Source: Candidatus Saccharimonadota bacterium
GTDB taxonomy: Bacteria > Patescibacteriota > Gracilibacteria > BD1-5 > UBA6164
Length of the DNA: 32,000 nucleotides
NCBI GenBank assembly: GCA_965227835.1
Contig: OZ245768.1
Coordinates: 450,001-482,000 of the forward strand
Reading direction: 5' to 3'
Shown: piece by piece, positions 30,613 to 32,000 of the stretch
Layout: every line of letters starts with the position of its first letter
Numbering within the stretch: position 1 is the first letter of the stretch
The notes under the pieces: generated by a model
What the model was told of the DNA's origin: nothing
The model's input: the letters and a program-made list of their open reading frames with translations, nothing else
The model's database searches: none
Made by a program: the position numbers and the translations under genes

Positions 30613-31518
30613 TTAATTTGTTTTTCATATAGCTCTTTGAAGTTCATTACAAATCCTATTTTTTATTTCTTCTCAAAAATAATACTCTATATAATCAAGT
30701 TTTTCTTCTAATTTTTTATAAACTTCTTTAGCATAATTTTTTCTTTCTTCCTCGCAGACTCAATTATTTTTCATTAGATTTATTTTTTCTATTTCTTTTA
30801 AATAATTTTCTATGAATTTAACATAAAATATATTTATAAATAAAGACAATTGTTTTTTTACTATATTTGATCTTGCCATTTTTCAAGTTCAATATATGCT
30901 TATAAGTTCTTCTTTATAAACATTTATTAATTCTTTATCTATATCTTTATCTTCAAAATCTTGTAAGTAAATTAAAAAATTATAGATTTTTATATAAGAA
31001 TTAATATTCATTGAATTATAAATACCCATATAAGGTTTCATATTGGTTCAATTGTATATAATTTTTCATCATATTTTTACTTCTTTTTTACCTATTTCAT
31101 ATAGTATATTACTTAAAGTATCTATAGTTATTCAACTTAGGTCTAAATCTTTTCAAACATATTCTAAACCTTTCAAATTTTCTATAAGAGATCAGTTTAA
31201 ATATAAACTTCATTTAATAATTTTTGATATTATTAAATCTTTTATTTTAGAATTAGTTAAATATAAATCTCATGAAATACCTTTTAAAAGAACTAAAAAT
31301 TCTATCGATACTCAGCTTAAATCTAAATTTCATTCCCAATAAATTGAAATTAAAATTCAATCTTCATGAAAAATACTATATTCTTCTAATTTTTCCCAAG
31401 TAATTACACCTTTAGATTTTTCAATTATTTCTTTATAATACTTGAATCTGCTAGTAAGTAATTTTTTTCTCAACCTCTCTTCGGAAGAAAAATAATTTTT
31501 TATTTTATTTAAAAGCAT
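30613..31518 (-). CDS. LRR-family paralog F (301 aa, about 4 LRRs)
   Basis: Verified codon by codon. MLLNKIKNYFSSEERLRKKLLTSRFKYYKEIIEKSKGVITWEKLEEYSIFHEDGILISIYWEGNLDLSGVSIEFL...GSLYLNGSLIENLKGLEYVGKDLDLSGITIDTL...LDYIEYYFGEEIKNRICNELQRAIGKTN. Confidence 0.8.
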
Positions 31519-31554
31519 TTATTTAACTATTAATTACAGAATTATCTATTTTAG

Positions 31555-31582
31555 ATAATATATTTATTTTCTTATTTGTCAA
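31555..31582 (-). promoter_or_regulatory. putative promoter of paralog F (TTGACA-N16-TATTAT)
   Basis: Minus strand: TTGACA is the complement of 31577-31582 and TATTAT the complement of 31555-31560. About 37 nt upstream of the ATG at 31518. Confidence 0.4.
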
Positions 31583-31628
31583 GATTGCTTTTACCTTAAT
31601 AATACTATTTTAAAGACTTATAGAAATT

Positions 31629-31655
31629 AAAAAAATCTTCTAAAATATTAGAAGA
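31629..31655 (-). terminator. intrinsic terminator after the ABC-F gene
   Basis: tcttcta-aaatat-tagaaga hairpin (31636-31655). On the minus strand it is followed by T7 (complement of 31629-31635). Confidence 0.5.
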
Positions 31656-31682
31656 GTTCTAAAAAAATAATATCAAAAGATT

Positions 31683-32000
31683 TTATCTTTTATTCTTTCA
31701 AAACTTATCTTTCATTCTTTTAATTTGCCTATCACTTAGCTTTTCTTCTAAAACTAAATTAAGTTCGGCTTCATTATCAAATAAATTAAAATCCATATCT
31801 ATACCATTTTCAAGTTTAAATTTATAATCTTCATAATTACCATAAGAGACTGATAGTTCTCAATCACTTATAAACCATATATTCGTAGCTAGTTTATTTA
31901 CAAAATATCTATCATGAGATATAAAAAGTATAGTTCAGCTATATTTGGATAAACTATTTTCAAGAGCTTCTCTAGTATCGTAATCCATATGATTTGTAGG
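31683..32000 (-). CDS. ABC-F family ATPase, C-terminal part (gene continues beyond the right edge)
   Basis: PTNHMDYDTREALENSLSKYSGTILFISHDRYFVNKLATNIWFISDGELSVSYGNYEDY. This covers the Walker B/D-loop/H-loop region of the second ABC domain and the charged tail. TAA at 31683-31685. Confidence 0.8.

Noticed and set aside
1-32000. Alternative recoding hypothesis: UGA = Trp (table 4, Mycoplasma-like)
   Set aside because: In-frame TGA sits at invariant glycines of P-loops (GxxGxGK[ST]) in seven proteins, and at the conserved Gly of each LRR. TGG is still used for Trp, for example in WEKLEEY and QWGHDF.
1-32000. tRNA, tmRNA, SRP RNA and rRNA genes
   Set aside because: I scanned intergenic regions by eye for T-loop (GTTCRANYC) and acceptor-like pairings and for GC-rich islands. 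Only the RNase P RNA island (9343-9713) stood out. A covariance-model scan is needed to be sure.

Overview
This is a very AT-rich bacterial chromosome segment that only makes sense if UGA is read as glycine. That is translation table 25, used by Absconditabacteria/SR1 and Gracilibacteria in the CPR/Patescibacteria. In-frame TGA falls on the invariant Walker-A glycines of seven unrelated proteins: RecQ, YchF, Adk, DnaA, DnaX, MurE and PriA. The supplied standard-code ORF track is therefore mostly gene fragments or antisense shadows.

Read by hand with only TAA/TAG as stops, the window resolves into 24 intact or partial CDSs, one MITE-disrupted pnuC pseudogene and one RNA gene. These cover about 85% of the window by my tally.

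Gene order, left to right:
- a partial hypothetical gene, recQ, ychF, a hypothetical gene and a CodA-like amidohydrolase
- a 3-copy 232-bp tandem array built from REP-like hairpins
- an RNA methyltransferase, adk and RNase P RNA
- a pnuC-like gene split by a 214-bp MITE with a 9-bp target duplication
- a membrane protein
- a divergent triad of a DUF1704/MATCAP-like carboxypeptidase, a RimK-type ATP-grasp ligase and a ChaC/GGCT-like cyclotransferase
- dnaA, a DUF4012 protein, murE (bracketed by GC-rich inverted repeats), dnaX and a priA cut off after its first helicase lobe
- an 8.4-kb opposite-strand island (23.1-31.5 kb)
- a partial ABC-F ATPase

The island holds five paralogous genes (six modules). 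Each has a conserved N-terminal region, a variable run of 20-residue LRRs and a conserved C-terminal domain. A TrmB-family regulator and a PHP phosphoesterase are embedded among them. This mosaic LRR family has repeat counts of 1 to about 11, and I do not recognise its terminal domains. It is the best candidate for an undescribed system; the ATP-grasp/MATCAP-like/GGCT triad is second. All calls are manual translations and motif recognition. No database search was possible.
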